DNA of 64,000 nt, taken from positions 117,544-181,543 of the forward strand of contig MCFE01000077.1 in assembly GCA_002104905.1 (NCBI GenBank). The letters run 5' to 3'. This DNA comes from Basidiobolus meristosporus CBS 931.73 (taxonomy: Eukaryota; Fungi; Basidiobolomycota). Both the position numbers and the translations under genes were made by a program. This document shows, piece after piece, positions 25,334-39,200 of the stretch. Under the pieces are notes generated by a model, which saw only the letters and a list, made by a program, of their open reading frames with translations, did not search any database and was not told where the DNA came from. The stretch's first letter is position 1. Each line of letters opens with the position of its first letter.

Positions 25334-25996
25334 TTTTTCTAAAATTTACAGAAAACCACGAAAAAACAACAAAGTCGCTTGAGCAGGAAAAGAGCGAGGC
25401 TTTTTTTGCGTCAGTAGTATGGAAAGCGATATACACTAAATCACCGAGCAACGTAGAGAATCGTAAGCTAATTTTATTATTTAGGCCCCATATCGTTCCT
25501 CTCAACCACATCGGATCCTTGCTCCCTGCCAATCAAGTAGAAAGAAAAAACAAAAACCTACCTGATCATTCGACCTGGCTGTGATCGAGGGGGCTGAAAA
25601 AAATTCAATAATAAATAATTGATGCAGTAGCATTACCAACTAAGGTGGCTAGTGGATCTCATTTATTTTACTTCATCATCACTAATTTCTTGGATAATTT
25701 GTGCATGAATGAAGCGCAGTCATGTGACTCACCCTCCAAAATACCCGAGGTTCCCCATCGGCGAGAGGAAATTGGAAAAGATGGGCTTGATTTGCCATAA
25801 AATATCTCATTCCTCGAGAACCCCATGGTTGCAATAGAGTCCAGGAAATAATTGCCATGCTAAACAAAAAAATTGATATGGGGTTACCAGCGAGAGATTT
25901 GATGTTAGAATTGAATCAATTTTTGCACTTTGACTATCTGTTGCTATACTTTTGCCGCTTCCTGTTTCTGTTGAGTTGCTCAGAAGTATAAACTAA

Positions 25997-27111
25997 ATGA
26001 TTCGCAACCTTGCTTCATCCAGGACCTATCTTGGTCATATTGCTCGCGTGTCCTCACTCAACGGTGCGCGCAGAGGTACCCTAATTTTTCAGCTCCTCAT
26101 TTGCTAAATTACTTATCACCTTTCTTAGTTGCTGCGAGACATTTCAGTGAGACAGCAGCCAACAGCTCCGCCCAGGAAACCTCCCTTAGCGAAAACTCTA
26201 CTGAAGGCTATGTTGACGTCAAGAAGAGACTCGCCGAACTTAGTGAGTGCCCTTTCTTTCGCGATATGCACCTGCCTTGGCCGTGTTTATGGTTCACCAT
26301 TTTACTAATGATACTTGTGTTTATTTGTTAAGCTCCCGAATATGTTATGATTGGGTCTCGCAAGGCCAAACGCACCTCTGGTTCCCCCAGCGAGCCGCCT
26401 TCTCCCTACTCTCTTACTATCTCGAAACTCCTCTCCTGCGGTTTACACCTTGGACATTCCACCTCGTTGTGGGAGCCCAAGACCCTTCCTTTCGTGTTTG
26501 GTACCCGTGCTGGGATCAGTATCATCAATTTGGAGCACACCTTGACTTATTTGAGAAGGGCTTGCGCTGTTGTTAGAGAAGTTGCGTACAATGGTGGCAT
26601 TATTCTCTTTGTTGGAACCAAGCCGGAGATCTCGCAGATCACCATCGATGCTGCCAAGCGTTGCGATGCCTATCATGTCTCCAATAAGTGGGTACCAGGC
26701 ACTATTACCAACTCGGGAACCATTCTCCGTCGTCATGCAGTCCCTGACCCCGAAAATCCCTCTCGCCCACCAAAAACCTTCCGTCCTGACCTTCTTATCA
26801 TTTTGAACGCTCTCGACAACCCCATCGCCATCACTGAGGCTGATCGTAAGAATATCCCCACCATTGCCATTGCTGATACCGACTTCAACCCCCTAAAGGT
26901 CACTTATCCCATTCCTGCCAACGATGACTCGATCCGAGGTGTTGAGCTTATTGCCGGAGTCTTAAGCATGGCTGCCAAGGAGGGCCAGTTGAAGCGTGCC
27001 AGAAAGCTGGAAGAGAACGCCCAAAACAACCGCGGCCGTCTTTTCCGTGACTATCGCACAACCGAACCCGAAGTTCAGGCTATTCGTGGTCAATATTTAA
27101 AATCCATCTAA
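25997..27111 (+). CDS. MRP4: Mitochondrial ribosomal protein uS2m, multi-exon
   Basis: LLSCGLHLGH, GISIINLEHT, ILFVGTK, KWVPGTITN, PDLLIILN, IPANDDSIRGV; spliced presequence from ATG 25997. Confidence 0.9.
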
Positions 27112-27358
27112 ATGTCACCACTAGCCAAACCCCTTCATTCATATACATTCTCTAAGCATTAAGATAAAATAGAGATTCATTGCTTTCTTCTGCCCATCTC
27201 ACAATATGGATTTGCTGCCTTCGAGGGACTTGAATAATATATCCTGCATATTAAAGTTTTTTCAACTTACTGATGGTTTTTATTGCTGGTACAATGGATG
27301 GAGAATGAACACGTATCTTGTCTGGTTGAGTTGTCGTTAATGTACAGAGCGTTTCCTT

Positions 27359-29834
27359 TTAGGCCGCAGTCAATAATTCAAGAAATATATCTTTCAGTAG
27401 GGACCGCAGAAGATTGCTCTCGGTGTGGATGCTCGATTCTCTCGAGTCGATGGTGACCTTTCCTGTTCCTTGCTCACCGTGCAAATTGATCACCACTTTT
27501 GTGTCGTTATCTAGCTCCTCGTAGTCATACTCAATCCCGTTCTATCGGACAAGCTCGTCAATTGATGGAATTCCATTTTTCTTTGTTACGAACTGCTTAC
27601 CTCGTCCAGGCGGTTGAGTACTTTGGAGAGATCTACATCTCCGTACAGATAGCGTTGCCTCTGGAAATGCAGATTCGGGATGTCATACACACTGCCTAGC
27701 TGGATCTCATTCTTTCCGTTGGCAATTCCAAAGCTAGCGGTAACCTCGGAATACTCCGAATGCCCATCGGTAGTAGGCTTCAGGGCGGTCATGATCTAGC
27801 CTCATAATGTAAGTAGTTGGAAGGGGAAACACTCAAGTTCATAAAGCCTACCGGTTCAGTCAATAGTGCCCGACCGAATTCAAAGCGCAGTGGGATGGAA
27901 AGTACCTCCAAGGGTGCGAACATATTGACAGTGGTTGAATGATCGACAATTTTATGGAACGACTGGTCTTTCGGGACAATGACATGAGGCAGCTTGTAAT
28001 TACGCACTAGTAGCTCTATGTCTTCACTGTTCAATCCTCCTTCCAACGGACAATAGCTCACATTACAGGATAAGGGCTGACAGCTCTTCAGTGCTTTGAT
28101 ATAATCGTACTCGGTGTCTATTAGAAGAATGGTTAGCTGCTCGATGATTACATCAGAAAAGATAGTAGAAATGGGCCAAGCTGTACCAGTAAAGATGATT
28201 GTGTTTTTGGGATCCTGCTTCCACATGTCGATGAAGCGGGTGATTTCTCCTACCATCAACGAAGGATGTCCAGCGAAAACGATACAGGGTTCCTTGAAAT
28301 TCCGGCCAAAGGCTTCGCTGAGATTTGGGTAGTAGGAGAGTTTCTCATTAGCAATCAGCTCGCTGTGGATGAGCGGGGCTTCGGGCAAATACACTTTTTC
28401 TTGCTTGGCTGAACACATCCTATGGAATCAACTAATCTGAGCATCGGACTTCAGGTCTGGATTGACGTAACAGACTTACCACTCAGCCAAGATATTGGAA
28501 TACTGCAAGGACTTGGCAGCAACGGGGGACACCACATACATGTGGACGTCAGCAAAGCTCATATTTGAGAGATATTTACTTAGCACCTCGATAATGTCAA
28601 ATAAAGTGCCGCAAGGATACGTAGGGAAAATAACATTGCCACCTTTTCGAAGCGTTTTTGCTAAAACATGGTCAAATGGGATGTTTGTGCAGCGAACAAT
28701 ACATCATACATACCTGTAGAGGTGCAGAGCTCATTATAAAAGCTTTGGAGTGGTTGAATGTTTGAGTCCAGGCTTACTTGACCGAAAATGGTCATATCGC
28801 AGTTTTTAAAGACTGAGGGGTCAAATGGGCTAGCGTGGGTTGAGGGCGCTACGGATGAGGTAGAGATAAAGGAGAGCTAGGCAACAGGAATGAGATGCGA
28901 GGTGTATATCGAAAATTCATATCTTGAGTTACCAACCAGCTTGTCACCACATTTTATACGCCAATTGCAACCGCCCAGACAATATCCGGAGCTGATGGCT
29001 GTCACTTCGACAGATTCTACTAAAGACTATGGGTTCATTAGCTACGCTGCTGCTTGGGCAAGGACGAGTATGCTTAGTACCAGTTTTTCTTGGTAGCGAA
29101 TGGGTTGTATCTTATCAATGCATGATTGAATATCACCGAGACTATAGATGCGCCTTAGCAAGGAGCCTGTTCTGTCCAACTCCGATTCACCCTTACTTCA
29201 TATACATGTTATTTTAGCATGGACTATATCGCTATCTTTCCATATAGCGTTGAACACTACCTAGTATTGTCAGTCGCAACACTCTGTTCTTTTTGGTAAA
29301 AGGGGTCCTCAGCATATTTCACGAGTTCCTCCATCAGTTGGCTTTGTTATATAGTATATCAGAGCGGGAATTACTAGGGTAAAGCTAGTAAAAATAACAT
29401 ACCAGCCAAAGTTGATAGTAGGCTCGGTTGCATAGATCTGCCCTTTGAAAACTGTGTATTCAGTGATGAAGGGCAGTGCCAATATCTGTTTAAAGTTAGA
29501 AACGAGGATAAAATCCACTGTGCTGAAATCAACGTCAGAGAAGTTGGGTATTTCAACAAGCAAACGACGATCGCTAGCTTGTTTTAGATTTTGAGTGGGA
29601 TTCTCGTGGTTTTGGAAGCTAAGCAGGTCTGTCCCAATGCGAAGCCCGCAATCGAGCAATATAACTACATCCCGAATTTTAAGAAGAAAAGAGCCACTAC
29701 GCTCTCCTTGGCCTAGGGATTGCTACGGGAAAAGTAGTGAGGGAAGATCCAAAGGAAAATGCAAATTTTCGTCAGAGTATAAGTAGAACCACACAATCCA
29801 CTCCAACGAAAAGCAAACCTCTTACCAATTTCAT
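27359..29834 (-). CDS. INTS9: Integrator complex subunit 9 (inactive beta-CASP), multi-exon
   Basis: MKL/...ILLDCGL; TVDFILVSNFKQILALPFITEYTVFKGQIYATEPT; GGNVIFPTYPCGTLFDIIE...SNILAEW; KQEKVYLPEAPLIHSELI; PCIVFAGHPSLMVG. No HxHxDH metal motif, as expected for INTS9. Confidence 0.88.
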
Positions 29835-30546
29835 GGCTGATCTTGTCGTATAGCAAGTTATTTGGGTGAACGTTCAGTGGAAGGGCCATGCAAATAAAGA
29901 CTACATTGGCCTAATCATCCATTTCCGCAATTTTCGTAAATTTCGACCAACTAGATTAAACTATCTTCCCCATGGGTAGTGATGTTCCACGTGGCTTAAC
30001 GTATACAAAAATTATCAATGTCAAAGCTCCATCACATCTGGCAACGTGTATTGTATTGTCTTGCATCGTATTAGGTGAAAGAGAGGAGTATATTGGTTGC
30101 TACAGACTAAGAATCGTTATGAAGCCAACCAAGTCAATATTCCACAGGAAAAGTGATTCTAGGAAACCAACAGACTAGTCCGCTCAATTGCTAATGAACG
30201 ATATATTTGAGATAGGACTTAGGGTTTTCCCAGCCAATAATCATACCTCAAGTAAACAGGAAAATCCTGAGCAAGATCCCCACTATCGTTGTTGCACAGT
30301 TGTTCATTATGAGGCCTTCTTGGGAGAACCCCACCAAGTCACAAGGTTTAACAACAAGGTTTGGCCAAATATCGCACATTCGTCATGTATGCCAAGGTAC
30401 AGAAACGCAATCAGTTGGATTCGATCCTCGGATATAAATGGGTTAATGAATCTGTCTAACCATCTTGTTAAACCGTCTGAGTTTCTAAAAAAGGTATTCC
30501 CGCATATGGGCTCCAAGTCGGAGTAGTATAAAACGGTTGCCTCGCC

Positions 30547-33186
30547 ATGATTAGCCTCAATCTTCTCTTCAAAATGTCACCCGACTCGAAATCACAAGTT
30601 GGTCAACTCTTGATCGCTGGCTTTCATGGCCTAACTCCTGATGCTGATATTACCGATTTGATTCAAAATCATAACCTTGGTTCTGTCATCTTGTTTAGCC
30701 GTAACATTGGAAGCGCGGAGCAACTCCGTAAGCTCACTTACGACCTGCAACTAATTGCTAAGAACGCCGGACATGCACGCCCCTTGTTCATCTGTGCCGA
30801 CCAAGAAAATGGCGTAGTGCAGCGCCTGGGAGAGGCGGGAACTTTCATGCCTGGAAACATGGCTTTAGGTGCCGTTGACTCTCTTGAGCTCACCCAACGT
30901 GTTGCCGTTGCCACAGCTAAGGAGCTCCTAGCATTGGGGGTTAATTGGAATTTATGCCCAAGTTTGGACGTTAATAACAACCCCGCCAACCCAGTCATTG
31001 GTGTGCGTTCTTTTGGAGAAGATCCGGAGAAAGTAGGCCGTTTAGGATGTGCTGCTATTAGGGGACAACAATCAGTAGGTATTCCTACTAGTATCAAGCA
31101 TTTCCCCGGCCATGGTGATACCGCCACCGATTCTCACCTCGGGCTTCCTGTCATCGCAAAGAGCCTCGAGGACCTAGAGAAATTAGAGCTGATACCTTTT
31201 CAACAAGCCATATCCTCAGCCAACCCCGCTTCGGTGATGATAGCCCATATCAGCCTCCCAGCCATCATTGCAAAGTCAAAGAGCGGTAGTGATCTCCCTG
31301 CCAGTATAGCCCGCGAAGTCTCTCATGACTTGTTGAGAGTTAAAATGGGTTACAAAGGTCTCATCGTTCCGGATTGTCTAGAGATGGATGCAGTGGATAA
31401 AACATTCGGAGCTGGTGTGGGTGCATTGATGAGCTTAAAGGCCGGTAATGACATGGCCATGGTATCGCACACTTACGCAAAACAAAAGCAAGCCATCCAG
31501 CTTATTCGAGGCGCCCTGGAATCTGGTGACTTGGACCGGGTGGAATTTGAGGCCTCAGTCAAGCGAGTCAATGAACTCAAAGATGAATATTTGTCCTGGG
31601 ATACAGCTTTGCCTCAAACTTGTGACTACAAAATTGTCGGCTGCAAGGAGCATGTCCAGATGAGAGATGATGTATACGACCTTTCAACTACTGTTGTGCG
31701 TAACGACGGCGGGTTGTTACCACTAGCCCTCCAACCAACAGAGCGTATTCTCTTCCTCTCCCCACATATTCCGTTCACCAAGGCCATTGACGTTAGCTCC
31801 GATCCTTTCCTACCTTTCTTCAACTCTCTGCAGAAACGCCACAGTAACATCAAGTTTATAAGCTTTGATGGCACCGCCTGCGATCGTACCACCCCGGAGT
31901 CCAAAGCAATTGACGAGGAGGTTGAAAAGGCCACGGTTATTATTGTCAGCACAGCAAATGCAAATCTATATGATTTCCAACCGACATTGGTCAACAGGAT
32001 TATTCAGACTGGCAAACAGGTGGTATGCGTCGCCGTAATCAACCCATACGACATAATGACTTTCCCTGATGTCCAATCCTACATTGTCACCTACGAGTAT
32101 TCTCCGCCTGCCTACGAGTCCGCTACAAAAGTGCTCTTTGGTGAAATCGAAGCTAAAGGAAAATTGCCTGTCACCATTCCCGGTATCACCGATGTCGAAT
32201 ACAAGAGCAATAAATGGACAGTTGAACCTTACCAGAGTGAGCATGATTTTGTGCAGGTTGTTAATCTTTGGGACCTTACTTTGGGTGACAAATGGCCGTT
32301 GTCAGCAGGGTATATCGCGCATACCTTAGAAAACGGTCCTAATCCTGGTCACTTTGTTGTTCGTGAAGATCGCACCATTGTTGGGTTTGCCGCTACTTTC
32401 CAAAGCCAGCCAGATCGCTCTAAAACCCAAACGGGGCATCTAGCACTTGTGCTGGTATCTCCTACAAAGCAACGCCAGAGAGTAGGTAGTGCACTCCACG
32501 ATCATGCCATGGAGCATCTCCGCTCAAACAAAGCCATCAAGTCCATCCAACTTGGCTCTACGTATCCCCGCTTCTTTTGCGGCGTGCCTGAGAACCTTGG
32601 TGGGGCCATCCGATTCTTTCAGCATCGGAGCTGGGATCTCGGTAACAAATCAGTTTTTGATCTCACTCAAGACTTGACAAACTATGAGACACCTGGCTAT
32701 GTAACATCACACATGCAAAAGGAGGGCATATGGTTTGGTCGTATTAAGCCCTCTGAACTGTGGGAGTTGTATGCATTCGAAGACAAATACTTCCCCTATT
32801 GGCTCGGAACATATCAGCACCATGCTAATCTTGGTGATTTTCAAGATCTGATTGTTGGGCGTGACGGTGGGCCGGAAGGACCTATCATCGCGGCCACCAT
32901 CTTATACACAGCCAATGCGTCGCACGAGCTACGTTCGGATGTACCATGGCAACACGAATCACTTCTAAACACCGATTGTGGCGGGATGTCTTGTGTTGGC
33001 GTAGCGGCTGAGCAACGAGGAAGAGGCATTGGCGTCGGGATGGTAGCATATGCCAACTCGGTGCTGAAAAGACGTGGAGTCAGGATCAGTTATGTAGATT
33101 GGGTTGATTTGGTAGGGTTTTACCGAAAAACAGGTTATGAGACCTGGCGGGGATACAAAATGAGTACCCATACCATAGACGCGTAA
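30547..33186 (+). CDS. GH3 beta-N-acetylglucosaminidase fused to tandem GNAT acetyltransferase domains (Ngs1-like architecture)
   Basis: ADQENGVVQR, KHFPGHGDTATDSH and PDCLEM (GH3 NagZ motifs); C-terminal QRQRVGSAL and QRGRGIGVGMV acetyl-CoA motifs; intronless 879 aa. Confidence 0.9.
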   Translation: MISLNLLFKMSPDSKSQVGQLLIAGFHGLTPDADITDLIQNHNLGSVILFSRNIGSAEQLRKLTYDLQLIAKNAGHARPLFICADQENGVVQRLGEAGTFMPGNMALGAVDSLELTQRVAVATAKELLALGVNWNLCPSLDVNNNPANPVIGVRSFGEDPEKVGRLGCAAIRGQQSVGIPTSIKHFPGHGDTATDSHLGLPVIAKSLEDLEKLELIPFQQAISSANPASVMIAHISLPAIIAKSKSGSDLPASIAREVSHDLLRVKMGYKGLIVPDCLEMDAVDKTFGAGVGALMSLKAGNDMAMVSHTYAKQKQAIQLIRGALESGDLDRVEFEASVKRVNELKDEYLSWDTALPQTCDYKIVGCKEHVQMRDDVYDLSTTVVRNDGGLLPLALQPTERILFLSPHIPFTKAIDVSSDPFLPFFNSLQKRHSNIKFISFDGTACDRTTPESKAIDEEVEKATVIIVSTANANLYDFQPTLVNRIIQTGKQVVCVAVINPYDIMTFPDVQSYIVTYEYSPPAYESATKVLFGEIEAKGKLPVTIPGITDVEYKSNKWTVEPYQSEHDFVQVVNLWDLTLGDKWPLSAGYIAHTLENGPNPGHFVVREDRTIVGFAATFQSQPDRSKTQTGHLALVLVSPTKQRQRVGSALHDHAMEHLRSNKAIKSIQLGSTYPRFFCGVPENLGGAIRFFQHRSWDLGNKSVFDLTQDLTNYETPGYVTSHMQKEGIWFGRIKPSELWELYAFEDKYFPYWLGTYQHHANLGDFQDLIVGRDGGPEGPIIAATILYTANASHELRSDVPWQHESLLNTDCGGMSCVGVAAEQRGRGIGVGMVAYANSVLKRRGVRISYVDWVDLVGFYRKTGYETWRGYKMSTHTIDA

Positions 33187-33987
33187 TTAGCAACCATAAT
33201 AAATCGTTATTCTGTATTGCAACTGATGAAAATTCCCAATTCGACATGAGCGAGGCGTATTAGGAAAGAGCAATCAAGGACTGAGTTTGAAACACTTGCC
33301 AATTCAGGTGATTCCCAATAATCAGGCGTACCACTGAAGCTTCATCCCCATTAGTCAATCAGTGGGATTGTCGCTGTCCATGGTTGCAATAGCTGCCCAA
33401 GATGACCTTGATATTTCAGGAATGTCTCAAACACTGTTCCACAGCTCACTCAGGATTGTAACATGAATGCCACCTCTGTACGAAGTTCCCACCAATTTCC
33501 TGCGACTTGTGCGAAAGCTAGTTACCCCACTTCCCATTCCCTATATTGAGCTATGTTTCGAGTACTTGCAAGACCTATGCATTCAATATCGCCTCTGCTG
33601 GAATCCCACTCGACAATTGGCTATGGAAGGAGGTACTGAGTATGATGGAGGTCCAGACAGAGCCAAGCAGGATCTTCAGCTGACAATTGATCTTCCCGGG
33701 CTGTCAGTGTATCCGAGTATTTTTGGGTTAATTGACAAAGCTCCACTAACACAGCTCCCCGGTTTCGTGACATCTAGTTGCCTCTCCAATATTCAATGGA
33801 TCAATCTCCATCTCCACCATCGTTCACGATGAATCACTTGTTGTGTAACCGTGCTCTCAGTTGTACAGGTGGGCAGCATGCTGGGTATAAATATGTTGGT
33901 GTGCATCTTCAAAAATCAACCATCTGCACTCACAAACAAGTGTAATGAAACTTAAAGACTTTGGTGAAGATCCTTTCAAGGTGGCCC

Positions 33988-35736
33988 ATGATCCCTGAGG
34001 CGAAGGTGGCCGAGCTTGAGCCTGTTGACAACCAACCTTTCACCACCCGTAAGGAGCTATGGTCATACTACCTATTCTACAACGGAGTAAGTGCTCGCAC
34101 CATTTTACGCCAAATTTAATCCTAACCCCGCGTTCTGTAGGATAATGGGTTCACCATGTTCAGCTACATGCCAAACATTCTTCAGTATCTGGCTTATAGC
34201 GCCGGCTACGATAGCTCTGACCCGGCCAAGCTTAAGCCTTGTGATACGAATGATTCCTCAATCGTTTGTATGATACCATTCGGCTCAGCAGGAGATGTCC
34301 CAGTGTCATCCATGGTGCTGTATGTCCAAGCTATCGCTTTCGTCTCTCAATTCTTGCTGTTCTTGACGTTTGGTAGTTTGGCGGATTATGGACGTGAGTG
34401 GGCATGTCATTGTGACTATAGGGGCAATCAGGTGCTAACCGGTTGTGTTTCTTGTAGGCTGGGGAAATTGGATTCTTCTTCTTGTGACTGCTATAGGCTG
34501 TTTCTGTCAAATCATCCCCATCGCATTCAACAGCCCCTCCCAGTGGTCGGGAATGATGGCTGTCATGATCTTCGGTAAGCAGATCAGAAGGATCTTCCAC
34601 ATCGGAAACCAGGTGCTAACTCTCATTCTTGACCAGCATTGATTGCTTATGGTGCATCACTGGTGTTCTACGCCGCAGCATTCCCCACACTGGCTGATAA
34701 CCTGCCTATCGTAAGAGCCGCAAAGGCCGATCCTGAGAAGACAAAAGAGGAGAAAATGACCATCACTGAGAAGTGGAGAAACCACGTTTCCACTATCTCC
34801 ACCACCTGGTCAAACGTTGGATTTCTAATTGTCACCAGTATTCTTGCTGGGATTAGCCATATTCCTTACGATGGCAAAACACTGGGCGACGCCACGTACA
34901 AATTCAATCAAGTCGGCACGGTATTCTGTGGCGCATTCTGGGCGATCAACGCCATTTGGTACTTCATGTTTATTCCAAAGGGAAGACGAGGTCCTCCTCT
35001 ACCTAAAGATAGCAACTATGTAACCATCGGATGGAAGTCCGTGTTCAGGGCCTTGAAGGAGGTCCGCCGGTTAAAGCAGGCCTTTATGTACTTCATTGCA
35101 TACTTCCTATTCTCTGATGGAATCGCTACCATCAACCAAATGATCGGGATCATCCAGGCCCAGATTACATCCTTTGATGGTACAGAACTAACTTTGCTCA
35201 ACCTTGTTTCCGCTGTCACATCTATCATTGGATGCATCAGCATGCTCTATTTACAAAAGGTCCTGAAGATTCGCACCAAAATCGCTTTGTTATGTATCCT
35301 AGGTGCTTCTGCCTTGGTTCCTATCTGGGGCTGCTTTGGTATCAGCTTCACATCATGGGGAATCCATACACGTACAGAACTATGGATCTTCTATGTCTGG
35401 TCAGGATTAGCCATTGCTCCTATATACGCCTGGCAACAAACCATGCTTGCTGAATTGATCCCTAAAGGTAAAGAAGGCCTCTTCTTCGGGCTGTTCGGAA
35501 TTGTCAACAAGGCCTCTTCATGGATTGGCCCAGTGGTCATTGGCGCCATTACAAATGTGACATACAACCAATGGAACGGGTGGCCATTCATTCTTGCTTT
35601 AATGATCATCCCAATGGTGATCATTTTCTTCATCGATGAAAAGAAGGCCAAAGAAGATATCCAGGAGTACTTACGGATAGAAGCGGCTAGAGAAGCGGCT
35701 TTGGGTGCAGACATAGTGATGGAGGCCAAAAACTAA
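33988..35736 (+). CDS. Atg22/UMF1-family MFS transporter, four exons
   Basis: Exons 33988-34086, 34141-34393, 34458-34574 and 34637-35736 join in frame; TTRKELWSYYLFYNG, FGSLADYG, YFLFSDGIAT, ELIPKGKEGLFFGLFGIVNKASSWIGP. Confidence 0.85.
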
Positions 35737-36299
35737 ATTCCATGTAAATTTTACATATCATAACTGTATCTACTAAAACCACTATATAAAAACCTTTGGT
35801 CTGATTCGATTTTGGTGATCTGTGTTATGGCATGGGTGTAGCGTGTGTTACGAATGGTCCTTTTTTAATACGTGTTTCATTATTTCACATCGGTATCCTA
35901 TTCTGAGTAAAATTGGGATTGTGCGTAAAGCCATCATTGTGGAAATTCGTAATACAAATGATCACATTGTTGGATACTGTCTTGTCAAATCGAGCAATTC
36001 CCTGCACCACCATTTACTATAAAAAGGTTCTGGCAAGCAATAATAATTGCTGAAGTACAATTGGGTGCTTCGTTTCAAAGTATGTCCAAAATTTGTATTA
36101 TCTCAGTAATATGCATTTAGATGTGTTGACTGAAATTTATGTCCGAAGACAAAATACGAATAGAAGGATAGAAGTAGAACATGCATTGATCATATGAAGG
36201 ACGATCTAAAACAACACCATACAAGCATCTAGAGAAGGGTCAGCTCGAAAATGTAGTTTGCAGCATAAATTGGCAACCACGTTAGAAATCAAGTAGTTT

Positions 36300-39200
36300 T
36301 TCCTTTCTTCCTTACCTCAAGAGTTCAATTAATATCCTTACAGGCACACACTACGATAAATGCTATATTCTGGTCCGTCAAATATCCACAAGGGGCCTGT
36401 TCATTGCAAGTTACTTTGTCATTTATATATAGGCGATGGTATCCTAGTTTCTCGAACTCTCGTTCAGTGTATTCACACATGCCGTCTTTATTCTTGATGT
36501 CCCATAAGAGTGGTTTCTTCGTGTCTCCTGGTATTCTGGGTTCTACTTCATATACCAAGAAGAAGGGGCTTCTTTTGGTCACATTTTGAATGCAGATTAG
36601 TGTCGCAAATAACGCTTGGTCCAGGAAGTCATCCCAACGGTGTTTAGCACCTGCCATGTGTTTTGTTAGCATTGTTCGTAATAATCCGTTTAGTCGCTCT
36701 GTTTTCCCATTTGTACGTGGGTGAAATGCCGTGGTCTTGAGGGGTTTGATCTTTTGAAGTTCCCAGTATTCTTGAAGCGTCTTAGCCATGAAATTCTTCC
36801 CCCGATCTGTTAGGATCTCCTTTGGGCATCCGTATTGCATAACTATTTCATGATACAAAAATTTGGCAATAGTTTGCTCTGTTGCTTCCGGTACAGCTCG
36901 TGCAATTGGCCAATTGGTTGCATGGTCAATGGCAACCAATATTCACATGTTCCCTTTTCTTGTTTTTGCCAGTCTTCCTATAAAGTCTAGACCCCTCTGT
37001 TCAATTGGTCCAACTACACTTTGCGGGTTCATGGGTTCTATTCTTTGCTTCTTCTGTGGTCGTGTTCTTATTGGGCAATTCATGCAAGATGCTAGCCACT
37101 TTTGTATGTCCTTGCGCATTCCTGGCCACCATCCTTTTGTGTGGAGTATTTGTGTTGTTGCTTCGGCATCCAAGTGCCCATTTCCTTTGTGCAATTTTTC
37201 AACCAAACCTGCTCGGAATACAAAGGGCACAAATGGTGCTTCTTCCTTGCCTGTAATTTTCCGGTAAAGTATTTTGGATTCTTTATTGTATCTGTTGTGC
37301 TGGACTTAATTTCTTGCTGTAGTATGCTATTGATTGTAATTTGGTTCCTTTCTCTCTTTGCAGTAAGACTGAACCCGTTGCAAAGCTAGAGGCATCACAT
37401 TCAATTTCTTTTTGTGCTTCTGGTTCATATAACTGCAGTACCGGGGCCGTAGTTGGCACTTCTTTAAGTGTTGTAAAAACAATCTTGCAGAACAGACGCC
37501 AAGTTAGTGTGCTGTGCTTACTCTTGACTCCTTCAGTTAGCTTGTGTAAAGGAGCTGCTATTGTAGCATAGCCATTGATGAGTTATCAGTAATATGATGT
37601 CATCCCAAGAAATGATCATAGTTGTGTTACAGTATTGTGTTGAGGCCATTCTTATATTAATTTATCTTTTCTGGATTCACCTCAAGACCTTTTTCAATTA
37701 AAATGTGCCTTACATATCTTACATACCCCTGACCAATGCATGCCTTATTCTTATTGGCATATAGTTGGTGCTTTTATGATTGCTCCGGCATCTTTTAACA
37801 TGCCTGATATGCTCCTTGTTGTTATTACAGTATATTTTGATGTTGTCAAGGTAAACCACAGGACATTCATCTTGCAGGTCATAAAGTACTAAATTCACTA
37901 CAAGGTCTAAACAGCATCACAAGGGACTCATATTGATAATGACAGGTACCAAAAGCAGAGTTTGGTATGTCTTACTATGTAATCTTCAATTGTCAATATC
38001 CTGATTTGAGTTTTATTGTGCTGAGAATTGATAAACCCACCAGGTGGATGTAGGATTTATCTATTTGTGGTAGGGGGTACCAAGTCTTCATTGTTACTAG
38101 GTTAAGGTCTCAGTGGTCAGTGCACATTTGTAAGTTGCATCTTTTTTCTGTTAAAAAATGACCAGTGCACTCCATGGTGATATGGATGGTCATATCATGC
38201 CTTTTACAATGAGTTCTTCTAATTGCTTTTTGAGTTCCTCTAGCTCCTGGGTGACACTCTTAATATTGACCTAGTTATTGTTTTTGCATTTGATGTGTTA
38301 GTTTTCATTGATGTTTCATCATACCTGTCTGCACTTTCTGGTAGCTTGTCTGGGGAAACATCCTTAATTTATTCCAGGATATCTCTTGCTTCAGATCCCA
38401 TTGAATTGTTCTCTTCTTCAGTGATTATTCCTGTCACTAGCTTGAAATTTGTACACATTTCTAACATGTGAATCAGTGCCTTACATTAGTACTTACCATT
38501 CCAATAACCTCTTGAGAACTGCTTGCAGCTGATCAAGTAAAAATTTGGCCTTCATTGTGTTTAATTCCTTGTGAATTTGGTTTTCTTGTGGAGGGACTTT
38601 ACACTGTTGCAAATCTTGCAATTACACCAAGATGTTCACCTACCTTGGTTACTTTTGTCATAGTCTATAAGTCTTAGAGAGTTTGGGCACAATACTTTGT
38701 CACAATGTACTTGGAATATTCCCACCAAGTCACCAGATAAAAGAGCATGACATGTTATAAGCTTATCAAACAGCCCCAAAGTTTGCATGCTTGTTCTTAG
38801 GACCCTCCTGAATATACTTTTTGGTTTTTCTGCCAACAATATGTAAAAGAAAGATGCCTCTTTATACTAAATAAATAGTAAGGGAAACCTCATAATCTAC
38901 TTGTTCTCTCAGGCACTTCCTATATCTTCTAAACTCTGATATAGATGCATTACAATAGTTTCACATATATAGGTGTAGCTCATCTAGCTTGCAGTAAATT
39001 GTGGAGTTTTCTTTAATTGACAAGTCTTTTCCTTATATAATATCATATATCTGAGTGGAAGAAAAATGGTACCAAATGTCTTCTGGTATATCTGCATTTT
39101 ATAGATGAATAGTTGCTGCCTCTTGTGTCCTTATCTTACATCTATTGACCACTACTGCCAAGTGATTTATATTGATTCTTCCTATTAGGGCATTATCTCT

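Noticed and set aside
33467-33832. 121-aa ORF upstream of the Atg22-like gene
   Set aside because: No motif; the Atg22-like gene has its own consistent ATG at 33988.
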